Shown here piece by piece: positions 36,513 to 48,789 of a DNA stretch of 64,000 bases. A program made the translations under genes and the position numbers. The notes beneath the pieces are model-generated. The model was not told the origin of the DNA. It saw only the letters and a list, made by a program, of their open reading frames with translations, and did no database searches. The DNA is from Squalus acanthias. Its lineage: Eukaryota. The DNA lies in NCBI GenBank assembly GCA_030390025.1, contig CM059431.1:148988001-149052000 (forward strand). The letters run 5' to 3'. The first letter of the stretch is position 1; each line of letters starts with the position of its first letter.

Positions 36513-36548
36513 TACCTGAGGAAGGGGCGACAGCTCCGAAACATTTTA
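36513..36548 (+). ncRNA. Minimal hammerhead ribozyme motif (probably degenerate)
   Basis: CTGAGGA-A-GGGGC-GACA-GCTCC-GAAA-CATT: CUGANGA core, stem II, GAAA core. Confidence 0.7.
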
Positions 36549-36635
36549 TTTTTAAATAAATCTGTTGGACTATAACCTGGTGTTGTGCAACTTCTAATTT
36601 TTGTCCACCCCAGTCCAACGCCGGCATCTCCACAT

Positions 36636-38610
36636 CACAATGCAAGAAGACATTTATAAACTTGCAGAATGGGAGTGTAATTGGGAAATAGGTTTCAACA
36701 TAGATAAGTGTGAGTAGATTCATTTTGGTAGGAAGAATAAGGAGGCCACACACTGCTTGGATAATAAGAGACTAAATGGGGTGGAGGAGCAAAGGGATCT
36801 AGGGGTTAAAAAGACACAAATCACTAAAAGTAGCAACGCAGGTTAATAAGGTCATAAAAAAGCAAACATTGTGCTGGGATTCATTTCTACAGGGATAGAA
36901 CAGAATAGCAGAGAAGTTATGTTCAACTTGTACAAACCCCTGGTTAGGCCACATCTGGAGCATTGTGTACAGTTCTGGTCTCCATCTTAGTACAATAATA
37001 ATAGAAATTTAATGCACGGAAGGAGGCCATTCAGCCTATCTTGTCCGTGCTGGTCGACAAAGAACTATCCATCTTATCCTAGTTTTCAGCACTTGGTCCG
37101 TAGCCTTCTAGGTTATCGGTCATCAAGTGCATATCCAAGTACTTTTTAAATACGACGGAGGACTCTGCCTCTACCATCCTTTCAGGCAGTGAGTTCCAGA
37201 CCCCCACCACCCTCTTGGTACAAATACATCTTCCCAAATCGCCTCTAAACGTCCTACCAATTGCGTTATATCTATGCCCCTGGTTGTTGACCATTCTGCT
37301 AAGGAAAATTTGTCCTTCCTATCCACTTTATCTAGGCCCCTCATAATTTTATACAGCTCAATTAGGTCTCCCCTCAGCCTCCTCTGTTTCCTCTGATATA
37401 GAGGCACTGGAGAAGGTGGTAGAAAGATTAGCAAGGATGATCCTGCAACTGAGAGGATATACTTATCAGTAAAGAATGAACAGGCTGGGGCTCTTTTCTG
37501 TAGAAAAAAGAGAAGGCAGATGGGTGACCTGATAAAGGTCATTAAGATTATGAAAATGTTACAATGGGTGGTCGTGGAGAAAATGTTTCCACTTCTGGGA
37601 GTCTAAAACTAGAGGCCATCAATATAAGATAGTCACTCATATATCCGATAGGGAATTCAGGTGAAACATCTATACTCAGAGAATGGTGAGTATTTTGAAC
37701 TCGCTACCACAGGGAGTGATTGAGGCCAGAAACATCGGTGCATTTGTCCTTGTACCCGAATCATTGAAACATGCAGGTACAGCAAGCAATTAGGAAAGTA
37801 AATGGTATGTCGGCCTTTATTACAAGAGGATCTGTGTATAAGAGTTAAGGCGATTATGGCAATTATATAGGGCCCTGGTTACACCACACATCGAGTATTG
37901 TGTACAGTTGTGGTCTCCTTACCTAAGGAAGGATATACATGCTACAGAGGGAGTGCAACGAAGGTTCACCGGATTGGTTCCTGGGATGGGGGGATTGACC
38001 TATGAGGTCAGATTGAGCAGACTTATCCTATATTCATGGAGTTTAGAAGAATGAGTGTTGATCTCATTGAAACATACAACATTCTTACAGGGCTTGACGG
38101 GGTAGATGCAGGGAGGATGTTTCCCTTTGCTGGGGAGTCTAGAACCAGGGATCACAGTCTTCGAATAAAGGGTCGGCTATTTAGGACTGAGATGAGGAGA
38201 CATTTCTTCACTAAGGGTGGTGAATCTTTGGAATGTTTTACCCCGGAGGGCTGTGGAGGCTCAGGTTTTGAATATATTCGACAGAGATCTTTCGATTTTT
38301 GAATATTAATGAATTCATGGGATACGGGAACAGTGCAGGAAAGTGAAGATGAGATAGAAGATCAGCCACGATCTTATTGAATGGCGGAGCAGGCTGGAAG
38401 GTCCAAACAGCATACTCCTGCTCCAATTGCTTATTTTCTTATCTTATTAAGGAGAATCTCGATAAACACATGAGGGAGAAAGGAATATAAGGTAATACTA
38501 ATAGGGTTAAAAGAAGAGGGTGGGAGGAGCCTTGTGTGGAGCATGAACATTGGCACAGATCAGTTGGGCCGAATGGTCCCTTTCTGTGGTGTAGAATCGA
38601 TGTATTTCTA
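36636..38610 (+). mobile_element. CR1 3' region (continues from ~34000-34228) with nested CR1 pieces at ~37000-37390 (-) and ~37746-38450 (+)
   Basis: Host CR1 sequence resumes after each insert (e.g. GGTGCATTT|...|AAGGAGAATCTCGATAA). Confidence 0.75.
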
Positions 38611-39489
38611 TGTAACCCTGTGTAATTATGCCTTCTGAATCCTGGGGCCGCTGGAAATGCTTTTGCTGTTAATACCGCAATTGTGCACCATTTTATTTCC
38701 CAAAGATCTCTTAGATTCTCTAATTGCAGCTCTTGACTCCTTCAATTGTGGTGATATTTGTCCCTATTCTCTGGTAAACTGAATCCATCTTGATCTGAAC
38801 TGGGTTCAATGTAAGACAGTTCGGGGAGTCAGGAAACATTCACCCCTAGAGTTACGCTGGCAGGTAAAACCCCAGATGGTTCCTTACTAAGGATTTATCT
38901 AATTCCTCGCCGTATATTTGTCGCGATACCGGACTTCAGCTTTCTTACTGTCCACTCCTGGATGACCCACTCCCTGAGCCTACAAACTATAGCAGGGTCA
39001 GTGGTGCAGTTCCGGAGCGGGAGTGATCCCAGAGTAACTGTCGGGATACCACTGCAGTGGAGATTCCATGTCGTGTATGTTTAGTTAGCTTGGTGTCTAA
39101 CACGCACACCTTATTAAAGCAGGGAATTCCTGGAAACACGTTGCAGATCCTTCTTTAATTGGAGTTCAAATGTTGTTTTATAATTGTACCAGCAGTTAAA
39201 AGGCACCTGTGAACTCTTCCGTCTGCGATGTTAATGCAGACTTGAAGCAATTTGAAAGGAGATTGTTTTAAATGAGTTAACACCTGCCTTAACATGGTAG
39301 ACCCAGGACTGTCGCAGAAACACATTAAGTCTTCATGGATTAATTACCAGTCATTTTTAGACTGGAAGCTGAAACATGATACAATTTCAGCAGGAACAGA
39401 TCACAATTTTACACCAACCTCTGATTTGACAGCACGTTTCCAGCAGTCATCTTAGTTCTAACTGACTCTGGGTATAATGTGGGAACACA

Positions 39490-39800
39490 ATATCAGGGTA
39501 ATGTAGAGGGAGCTCTGCACTGTATCTAACCCGTGCTGCCCCTTACCTGGGGGCGCTCGATAATGAAACAGGGTATAAAGTGGGGACACACTGTCAGGGT
39601 GATGCAGAGGGAGCTCTGCACTCTTTCTAACCCGTGCTGTACATGCCCTGGGAGCGCTCGCTGCTGACACTGGGTATAAAGTGGGGACACACTGAGAGTG
39701 AAATGTAGAGGGAGTCCTACACTGTAGCTAACCTGTGCCCTGGGAGCCCTCGATGTAACGCTGGGTATGAAGTGGGGACACAGGGTAAAGTACAGGGTGC
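39490..39800. repeat. Variant of the 67-bp satellite with extra GGGTATAAAGTGGGGACACA block
   Basis: About 3 longer units sharing AGAGGGAGCTCTGCACT..CTAACCCGTGCTG. Confidence 0.7.
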
Positions 39801-40051
39801 TCTATAATAAGATAAGCATAAGATAAGACATAAGAAATAGGAGCAGGAGTAGGCCAATCGGCCCCTCGAGCCTGCTCCGCCATTCAATAAGATCATGGCT
39901 GATCTGATCCTAACCGCCAATCTACTATCTATCACAGAACCATCTCCTGCATCTAACAGAATTGCACACACGAAATAGGAGCAGAATCAGGCTACACGGT
40001 CCCTGGGCCCGCTCCACTACCCACAGGGCCATGACCGATCCGAACCTAGAC

Positions 40052-43005
40052 TCATGTCCAAATTTCTGCCCGCTCCCCGTAACCCTTAATGCCCATTACT
40101 TCTAGGAAACTGTCTATTTCTGTTTTAAATTTATTTAATGATGTAGCTTCTACAGCTTTTTGTGGCAGCATATTCCATGGACCTACCACCCTCTAAGTGA
40201 AGTAGTTCCTCCTCATCTCAGTTTTGAAAGAGCAGCCCCTTATTCTAAGACTATGTTCCCTAGTTCTAGTCTCACCCGTCATCGGGAACATCCTCCCCGC
40301 ATCCACCCGATCCAACCCCTTCACAATCTTATATGTTTCAATAAGATCGCCTCTCATTCTTCTGGACTCCAATGAGTAGAGTCCCAATCTACCCAACCTC
40401 TCCTCATATGACCACCCCCTCATCCCCGGATTAACCGAGTGAACCTTTTTTGCGCTGCCTCGAGAGCAAGGGTGTCTTTCCTTAAGTAAGGACTCCAAAA
40501 CAGTATGCAGTATTCCAGGTGCGGTCTCACCAATACCTTGTACAACTGAAGCAATACCTCTCTATTTTTATATTCTATCCCCCTAGCAATGAAAGCCAAC
40601 ATTCCATTTGCCTTCTTAATCACTTGCTGCACCTGCATACTAACCTTTTGAGTTTCGTGCACCAGGACCCCCAGATCCCTTTGCACTTCAGTACTCTCCA
40701 GTTTCTTGCCATTAAGATAATAAATTGCTCTAGGATTTTTCCTGCCAAAGTGCATCACCTCACACTTTCCAGTGTTGTATTCCATTCTGCCAAATCTCTG
40801 CCCACTTACTTAGCCTGTCTATGTCCCCTTGCAGGTTTGTTATGTCCTCCTCACTCACTACTTTCCCTCCCATCTTTGTATCATCTGCAAATTTTGATAT
40901 GTTACACTTGGTCCCTTCCTCCAAATCGTTAATATAGATTGTAAAGAGTTGGGGACCCAGCACTGACCCCTGTGGGACACCACTAGTTACTGATTGCCAG
41001 TCTGAGAATGAACCATTTATCCCAACTCTTTGCTTTCTGTTAGATAGCCAATCATCTATCCATGCCAGAATATTACCCCCAATCCCGTGATTTTTTACCT
41101 TAAGCAATAATCTTTTGTGTGGCACCTTGTCAAATGCCTTTTGGAAGTCTAAATACACTACGTCCACTGGTTCCCCTTTAACCACTCTATATGTTACTTC
41201 CTCAAAGAACTCCAGCAAATTTGTCAAACATGACTTCCCCTTCGTAAAACCATGCTGACTTTGTCCTATTAAATTATGATTATCCAAATGTCCTGTTACT
41301 GTTTCCTTAATAATGGACTCCAAAATTTTACCTACCACAGATGTTAGGCTAACCGGTCTATAGTTACCAGCCTTCTGTCTACTGCCCTTTTAAAATAAGG
41401 GTGTTACATTAGCAGTTTTCCAGTCTGCCGGGACCTTAGCGGAATACAGGGAGTTTTGAAAAATTATTACCAATGCATCTACAATCCCTACCGCCACTTC
41501 CTTCAAGACTCTAGGGTGTAAGCCATCAGATCCAGGTGATTTATCCGCCTTGAGTCCCATTATTTTACCGAGTACCACTTCCTTAGTGATTTTGATCGTG
41601 TTTAGCTCCTCTCCCCCTATAGCCCCCTGTTTGTCCAGTGTTGGGATATTCTTAGTGTCCTCTACTGTAAAGACTGATACAAAATATTCATTCAGTGTTT
41701 TTGCCATCTTCATATTTCCCACCATTAATTTCCTGGTCTGATCCTCTAAAGGACCAACATTTACTTTAGCCACCCTTTTTCTTTTTATATAACTATAAAA
41801 ACTCTTACTATCTGTTTTTATATTTTTTGCTAATTTACTTTCATAATCTATCTTCCCTTTCTTAATCAATCTTTTTTGTTATTTTTTGCTGCCTTTTAAA
41901 GTTTTCCCAATCCTCTGTCCTCCCACTAGATTTCGCTACCTTATATGCCCTTGTTTTTAGTCGAATACTATCCTTAATTTCTTTACTTAGCCACGGATGA
42001 CTGTCCTTTCTTTTACACCCTTTTCTTTTCAGTGGAATATATTTTTTTTGGAAGTTGTAAAATAACTCCTTGAATGTACACCACTGATCATGTGTCGTCT
42101 TACCCTTTAATCTATTTTCCCAATCCACTCTACTCAATTCCGCTCGCATACCTTCATAGTCTCCTTTATTCAAGCTTAGCACGCTTGTTTGAGATCCAAC
42201 CTTCTCACCCTCTAATTGAATATGGAATTCAACCATGTTACGGTCACTCATTCCAAGGGTATCCTTTACTAGGATATTTTTAATTAATCCTGTCTCGTTA
42301 CACAGGACCAGATCTAAGGTTGCTTGCCCCCTGGTCGGTTCAGTTACATACTGCTCAAGAAACCCATCCCTAATACACTCAATGAACTCATCCTCAAGGC
42401 AGCCCTGCCCCATTTGATTTGTCAAATTAATATGATAGTTAAAATCCCCCATAATTATAGATGTTCCCTTATTACATGCCTCAACTATTTCCAGATTGAT
42501 ACTCCGTCCAACAGAGTTGCAACTGTTCGCAGGCCTATAGACTACGCCCACTAGTGTTTTTTTTCCCCTTATTATTCCTTATCTCCACCCAAACTGTTTC
42601 ATTATCATGATTTTTTGACCCAATATCATTACTCTGTATTACAGTGATTTTTTCCTTTATTAACATAGCCACCCCACCTCCCCTTCCTTCCTGCCTGTCC
42701 TTCCTGATCGTTAAATAACCTGGTATGTTTAATTCCCAGGCATTGTCACCCTGCAGCCATGTTTCTGTAATTGCCACAATATCATAACCATATGTAGTTA
42801 TTTGTGCCATTAACTCGTCTATTTTGTTACGAATGCTACGTGCATTCAGATAGAGAACTTTCAAATATGCTTTGTGGCACTTAGTTCCTGCCTTCTCACT
42901 TTTTACCACTTTACCTTTTACTCCACACACTCTGTCCCTTCCTGCCACGCTCTGAATTGTGATTCCCCTACTGCTACCTATGTCTATGACCCTCTCTGTT
43001 GTCAT
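40052..43005 (-). pseudogene. CR1 ORF2 endonuclease + RT, a few 1-bp frameshifts and stops
   Basis: Six consecutive ORF pieces covering YLNARSI..ITETW..GDFN..LDL..KFADD..RLRGD-type motifs. Confidence 0.95.
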
Positions 43006-43043
43006 TTTTATTTTTTGCTCTCTTGAAACCTCCCCCCCACTAA

Positions 43044-43999
43044 TTAGTTTAAAGCCCTCTCCACAGCCCTAGTTATTCGATTCGCCAGGACACTAGTCCC
43101 AGCACTGGCCAAGTGAAGTCCGTCCCAACGGAACAGCTCTCTCCTGCCCCAGTACTGGTGCCAGTGTCCCAAGAAGCAAAACCCATTTTTCCCACACCAG
43201 TCTTTGAGCCACGCATTCAACTCCCTGATTTTATTTACCCTAGCCAAATTTGCTCGTGGCTCAGGTAGTAATCCAGAGATTATTACCCTCGAGGTTCTGC
43301 TTTTTAATTTGGCCCCAAGCTGCTCAAACTCCCTCAGCAGAACCTCTTTCCTTGTCCTATCTATGTCATTATACCAACATGGACCACGACAACTGGATCC
43401 TCCCCCTCCCACTCCAAGTTTCTCTCCAGCCCAGAGGAGATGTCCTTAACCCTGGCACCGGGCAGGCAACACAGCCTTCGGGACTCTCGCTCTTGGCTGC
43501 AAAGAACCCTATCTATCCCCCTAATGATACTATCCCCTACCACTACAACATTTCTATTTACTCCCCCCACTTGAATGGCCCCCCTTACCACGCTGCTGTG
43601 GCCAGGTTGCTCATCCTCCCTGCAGTCCCCGCTCCTGTCCACACAGGAAGTAAGAGCCTCGAACCTGTTGGAAAAGAGCAAGGGCTGCGGCTCCTCCAAC
43701 ACTACCTCCTGGATCCCTGTACCTGCCTCACTCGTAGTCACACCTTCCTGTCCCTGACCACGGGCTACTTCTGAATTAGTTACTCTAATTGGTGTGACTA
43801 CCTCCTGAAACACGGAGTCCAGGTAACTTTCCCCCTCCCTGATGTGTCGCAGTGTTTGAAGCTCGGACTCCAGCTCATCAACACGGAGCCGGAGTTCCTC
43901 GAGCAGCCAACACTTACTGCAAATGTGTTCACCGTGAACATCAATGGTTTCCACCAGCTCCCACATATTGCAGCAGTAACACATCACCTGCTCTCCCAT
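43044..43999 (-). pseudogene. CR1 ORF1 (zinc finger/leucine zipper + SGNH esterase), one frameshift near 43370
   Basis: CYCCNMWE..HICSKC, LRLRVDELESELQTL, VVGDSIIRG, DGLHL. Confidence 0.92.
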
Positions 44000-44214
44000 T
44001 CTATGTAATTAATTAAAAATGTATTATTTACCCTATAGTTCATTTATGCCAGCAGTCTCCGCTACACCACAGATACCCGAGAAACTATAAACTATGGAAT
44101 TGAAGTTTTGTATAAAAAAAAGAGAAATACTCACCAACCAATCACTTACCTGCTTTCTGGTGACGTCACACTTCGATTATTTTTTACCTCTCTCCTGCTC
44201 TCGGCTTGGTGAAA

Positions 44215-44513
44215 GCCTACCTGGTCGCTGCCGCCTTTTACCGCCGCCGCCTCGCCGCTGTTGCTCCACCCAGGTCCGCCGCCTCTGTGGGCCTACCTGG
44301 TCGCTGCCGCCTTTTACCGCCGCCGCCTCGCCGCTGTTGCTCCACCCAGCTCCGCCGCCTCTGTGGACCTACCTGGTCGCTGCCGCCTTTTACCGCCGCC
44401 GCCTCGCCGCTGTTGCTCCACCCAGGTCCGCCGCCTCTGTGGGCCTACTTGGTCGCTGCCGCCTTTTACCGCCGCCGCCTCGCCGCTGTTGCTCCACCCA
44501 GGTCCGACGCCTC
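44215..44513 (-). repeat. Four near-identical 76-bp GC-rich monomers at the CR1 5' end
   Basis: Units start at 44215, 44291, 44367, 44443. Confidence 0.95.
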
Positions 44514-44829
44514 TCTAATGTATTCAACCAGTGCTGTATATGCCCGGGCAATGCTCGATGCTGACTATGACTATCAGGAAGCTTCTCTATCTGCTCTCCA
44601 TGAACCTTGAATGCAACAATCTAAATCAAGTATCGCAGTACCCGTGCTTCAGCAGAGACATCACTGGCCGGAGCAGGCCGCAGATGGGCCTCCTTCAAAT
44701 GGACCCGTTCTGTCCTGACTCCAACTCACCCATAAACTGACCATGGACTTCGTCCCCCTGCCCTTTGGTGGCAAATCCCTAAGGTTGAGGAACGGATCCA
44801 GGTACGATCGCATCAATAGAAACAATTCG

Positions 44830-46213
44830 GGAAGTACTGAGGGAGCGCTGCACTGTCAGTGTGGCAGTACCGAGTGAGAGCTGTACTGTCAGAGTGGCAG
44901 CACAGATAGCGCTTCACTGTCGGAGGGGCTGTACTGAGGGACTGTCGCACTGTCGGAGGAGCACTATTGCGGGAGCGCTATATTGTCAGAGGAACAGTAC
45001 TGAGGGCGTACTGCACTGTCAGAGGGGCAGTACCGAGGGAGCGCTGTACTGTCGGAGGGGAAGTACTGATTGAGCGCTGCACTGTCAGAGGGGAAGTACT
45101 GACAGACCGCTGCAATTTCGGAGGGTCAGTACTGAAGGAGTGCCGCACTTTCGGAGGGGAAATACAGAGGGAGCCCTTCCCTTTCGGATGGGCAGCACAG
45201 AGGCAGAGTTGCGCTGTTATGAGGGGCATTATTGAGGGAGCTCTGCTCTGTCCGAGGGGACGTACTGAGGGAGAGCTGCATTGTCGGAGTGGCAGTTCTG
45301 AGGGAGCACTGCATTGTCAGAGGATCAGGACAGAGGGAGCGCTGCACTTTAGGAGGCACAGTACAAATGGAGAGATGCAAAGTCGGAGGGGCAATATTGA
45401 GGGAGCGCTGCATTTTCAGAGGGACAGTACTAAGGGAGAACTGCACTGTCGGAGGCACAGTACTGAGGGAGCACTGCTTTGTCGGTGGGTAAGTACTGAG
45501 TGAGCGCTGCACTGTCAGAGGGGCAGTTAAGAAGGATCACTGCACTGTCGGAGGGGCATTACTCAGGAAGAGCTGTACTGTGGGAGGGTCAGTACAGAGT
45601 TAGCTTGCTTTGTCCGGGGGCAGTACGGAGTAAGCACTGCACTATTAGAGGGGCAGTACTGAGGGAGCACTGCACGTTCGGAGAGGCAGTAGTGAGGATG
45701 CGCTGCACTGTCAGGGGCAGTACTGAGGGAACGCTGCAATGTCGGAGGGACAGTACTGAGGGAGCGCTGCACTGTCGTTGGGGCAGTACTGAGGGAGTGC
45801 CGCACTGACTGTTGGGCAGTACTGAGGGAGCGCTGCCATGTCGGAGGGGCAGTAGTAATGGAGCGCTGCAGTGTCGGAGGCGAAGCAATACGGGAGAGCT
45901 GCACTGTCAGTGGGGCAGTATTGAGGGAGCGTTGCATTGTCAGTTGGTCAGTAATTAGTGAGCGCTGCATTGGTGGAGGGGTAGTACTGCGGGAGAACTG
46001 CACAGTCGGAGTGTCAGTACAGAGCGAGCGCTACACTGTCCGAGGGCTGTAGTGAGGGAGCACTGCACTGTCGGAAGCGCAGTACTGAGAGAGCACTTCA
46101 ATGTCTAAGGGGCAGTACTGAGTGACCGCAGCACTGTCATACGGGCAGTACGGAGGAAGCGATGCACTGTGGGAGGGGCGATACTGAGTGTCCGCTGCAC
46201 TGTCGGAGGGGCA
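44830..46213. repeat. 33-bp satellite (CAGTACTGAGGGAGCGCTGCACTGTCGGAGGGG)
   Basis: About 42 degenerate tandem units. Confidence 0.95.
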
Positions 46214-46215
46214 GA

Positions 46216-48785
46216 ATTTTTTTTCAAATTCGTTTATGGGATGTGAGCCTCGCTGGAAAGGCCAGCATTTGTTGCCCATCCCTAATCGCCTCGAGAAGTT
46301 TGTGGTGAGCCGCCTTCTTAAACCAATTCAGTCCGTGTGGTGATGGTACTGCCACAGTGCTGTTCGGGAGCGAATGGCAGGATTTTGAACCAGCGAGGAT
46401 GAAGTATCGGCGATATATTTCTAAATCACGATGGAGTTTGACTTGGAGGTGAACCTGGAGGTCGTGGTGTTCCCATGCGCCTGCTGCCCTTGTCCTTCTA
46501 GATGGAAGAGTTCGTCGGTTTGGGAGATGCTGCCGAAGAAGCCTTGGCCAGTTGCTGCAGTGCATCTCATAGAAGGAACACACTGCAGCCACGGTGCGCT
46601 GTGGTGGAGGGAGTGATATGTTTAAGGTGGTTGATAGGCTGCCAACCAAGCGGGCTGCTTTGTCCTGGATGACGTGGAGCTTCTTGAGTGTTGTTGGAGC
46701 TGTACCCATCCAGGCAAGTGGAGAGTATTCCACCACATTCTTTACTTGTGGCTTGTAGATGGTGGAAAGGCTTTGGGGAGTCAGGAGGCGGGACACTCGC
46801 CGCAGAATACCTGGCCTCTGACCTGCTCTTTTTGCCATAGTATTGATATGACTGATGCAATTAAGTTTCTTGTAATTGGTGACCAGGCTATTGATGATTG
46901 GGGATTCTGTGATGGTAACGCAGTTGAATAACAAGGGGCAGTTCTTAGACACTCACTTGTTTGAGATAGCCATTGCCTGTCAGTTTTGTGGCGCGGATGT
47001 TATCTGCCACTTATCAGTCCAGGTCTTGTTGCATGCGGGCATGGACTGATTCATTATCTGAGGATGTGTGAATGGTACTGAACACTATGCAGTCATCAGC
47101 GAAAATCACCATTTCTGTCAGTTTGTTGGAGGGAAGGTCAGTGATAAAGTAGCTGAAGATGGTTCGTCCTAGGACACTGCCCTGAGGAACTCCTGCAGCG
47201 ATGTCCTGGGGCTGTGATGATTGACCTTCAACCACCACAACCATCATTCTTTGTGCTAGGTATGGCTGCAGCCAGTGGAGATTTCACCGCCTGATTCCCA
47301 ATGACTTCAGTTTTACTTGGTATTCTTGATGCCACACTTGGTCAAATGCTGCCTTGATGTTAAGGGCAGTGACTGTCACCTGACCTCTGGAATTCAACTG
47401 CTTTATCCATGTTTGGAACAAGGCTGTAATGAGGACGGGAGTCGAGTGATCTGGGCGGAACCGAAACTGGGCTTCAGTGAGCAGGTTATTTCTGATGCTT
47501 GATAGCAGTGTCGATGACACCTTCGTTCACTTTACTGATGATTGAGAGTAGACTGATGTGGCGGTAATTGGCCGGTTTGGATTTGTCCTGTTTTTTGTGG
47601 ACAGGACATACCTGGTCAGTTGTCCACATTGTCGGATATATGACAGTTCTGCAGCTGCAATGGAACAACTTGGCTAGAGGCCCGGCTAATTCTGGACACA
47701 AGTCTACAACAAGACACCCGAGATGTCTTCGGGACACGTAGGTTTTACTTTATCAGTGCGATCAGCCGTTTCTTGACATCTCGTGGAGTAAATCGAATTG
47801 GCTGAAGACTGGCTTCGGTGATGGTGGGGACCTCAGGAGGAGGCCGACATGTATCATCCACTCGGCAATTCTGGCTGAAATTGGTTGAAAATACTTCAGC
47901 CTTGTCTTTTGCCCTCACGTGTTGGGCTCCACCATCATTCAGGATGGGGACATTTATGGAGTCTCCTCTTCCCGTCAGTTGGTTAATGGTCCACCACGAT
48001 TCACGAATGGATAAGGCCGGTCTGTAAAACTTTCATCTGCTCCGTTGATTGTGGGATCGCTTAGCCCTGTTAATAGTATGCTGCTTCTGCTTTTTAGCAT
48101 GCATATGATCCTGTGTTGCAGCTTCCCCAGACTGCGACCTCATTTTAGGTACGACTGCTGCTGCTCCTGTCACGGTCTTCCACACCCCTTATTGAACCAG
48201 GGATGGTCCTCTGGCTTAATGGTAATGTTAGAGTGAGGCATATGGCGGGCCATGATGTTACAGATTGTGGTGTAATAAAACTCGCTGCTGCGGATGGCCA
48301 ATAGCGCCCCATGGATGCCCATTTAGCACGGTGGTAGTGCCACACAACACGGTGCAGGGCGTCCTCAGTGTGAAGATGGGACTTCGTGCCACAATGACTG
48401 TGCGATGGTCACATCTACCAAGGCTTTCACTGACAGATACATCTGTGACAGGTAGTTTGGTGTGGACAAGGTGAAGTAAATTTTTGCCTCGTGTTGGTTC
48501 GCTCACCTCCTGTCGCAGGCCCAGACAGGGAGCTATGTCTTCAGGTTTCGGCCAGCTCGGTTAATAGTGGTGCTGCCGAGCCATTTTTGGTGATGGACCT
48601 TGAAGTCCCTCATCCAGCGCACATTCTGCGCCCTTGCCACTCTCGGTGTTTCTTCCAAGTTTTGTTCTACATGCAGGAGTACTTTTCATCAGCTGAGGGA
48701 GGGCGGTATGTGGTAAGCAGCAGGAGGTTTTCTTGCCCATGCTTGACCTGAAGCTATGAGTCTTCATTGGGTCCGGAGTCAATTT
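46216..48785 (-). mobile_element. Second LINE family (CR1/L2 group), endonuclease to 3' end, decayed
   Basis: PTRGKNLLHLV, NYRHISLLSIISK, IKAAFDQVWH, GVPQGSVLG..IFADD, VEYSPLAW. Confidence 0.9.
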
Positions 48786-48789
48786 TGCT

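Larger units (their letters stand above)
34229..36635 (+). mobile_element. Penelope-like retroelement with inverted 5' arm
   Basis: RT + GIY-YIG ORF; 34229-34809 is the reverse complement of ~36020-36600; 13-bp TSD CACAATGCAAGAA at 34216-34228 and 36636-36648. Confidence 0.95.
39805..44515 (-). mobile_element. Young, apparently full-length CR1 LINE (~4.7 kb)
   Basis: 5' repeat array, ORF1, ORF2, 3'UTR, TCTTATG-type tail; 3' 1.75 kb nearly identical to 30098-31849. Confidence 0.95.

Noticed and set aside
44094..44610. Ala/Pro/Arg-rich ORFs
   Set aside because: Translations of the 76-bp GC-rich repeat.
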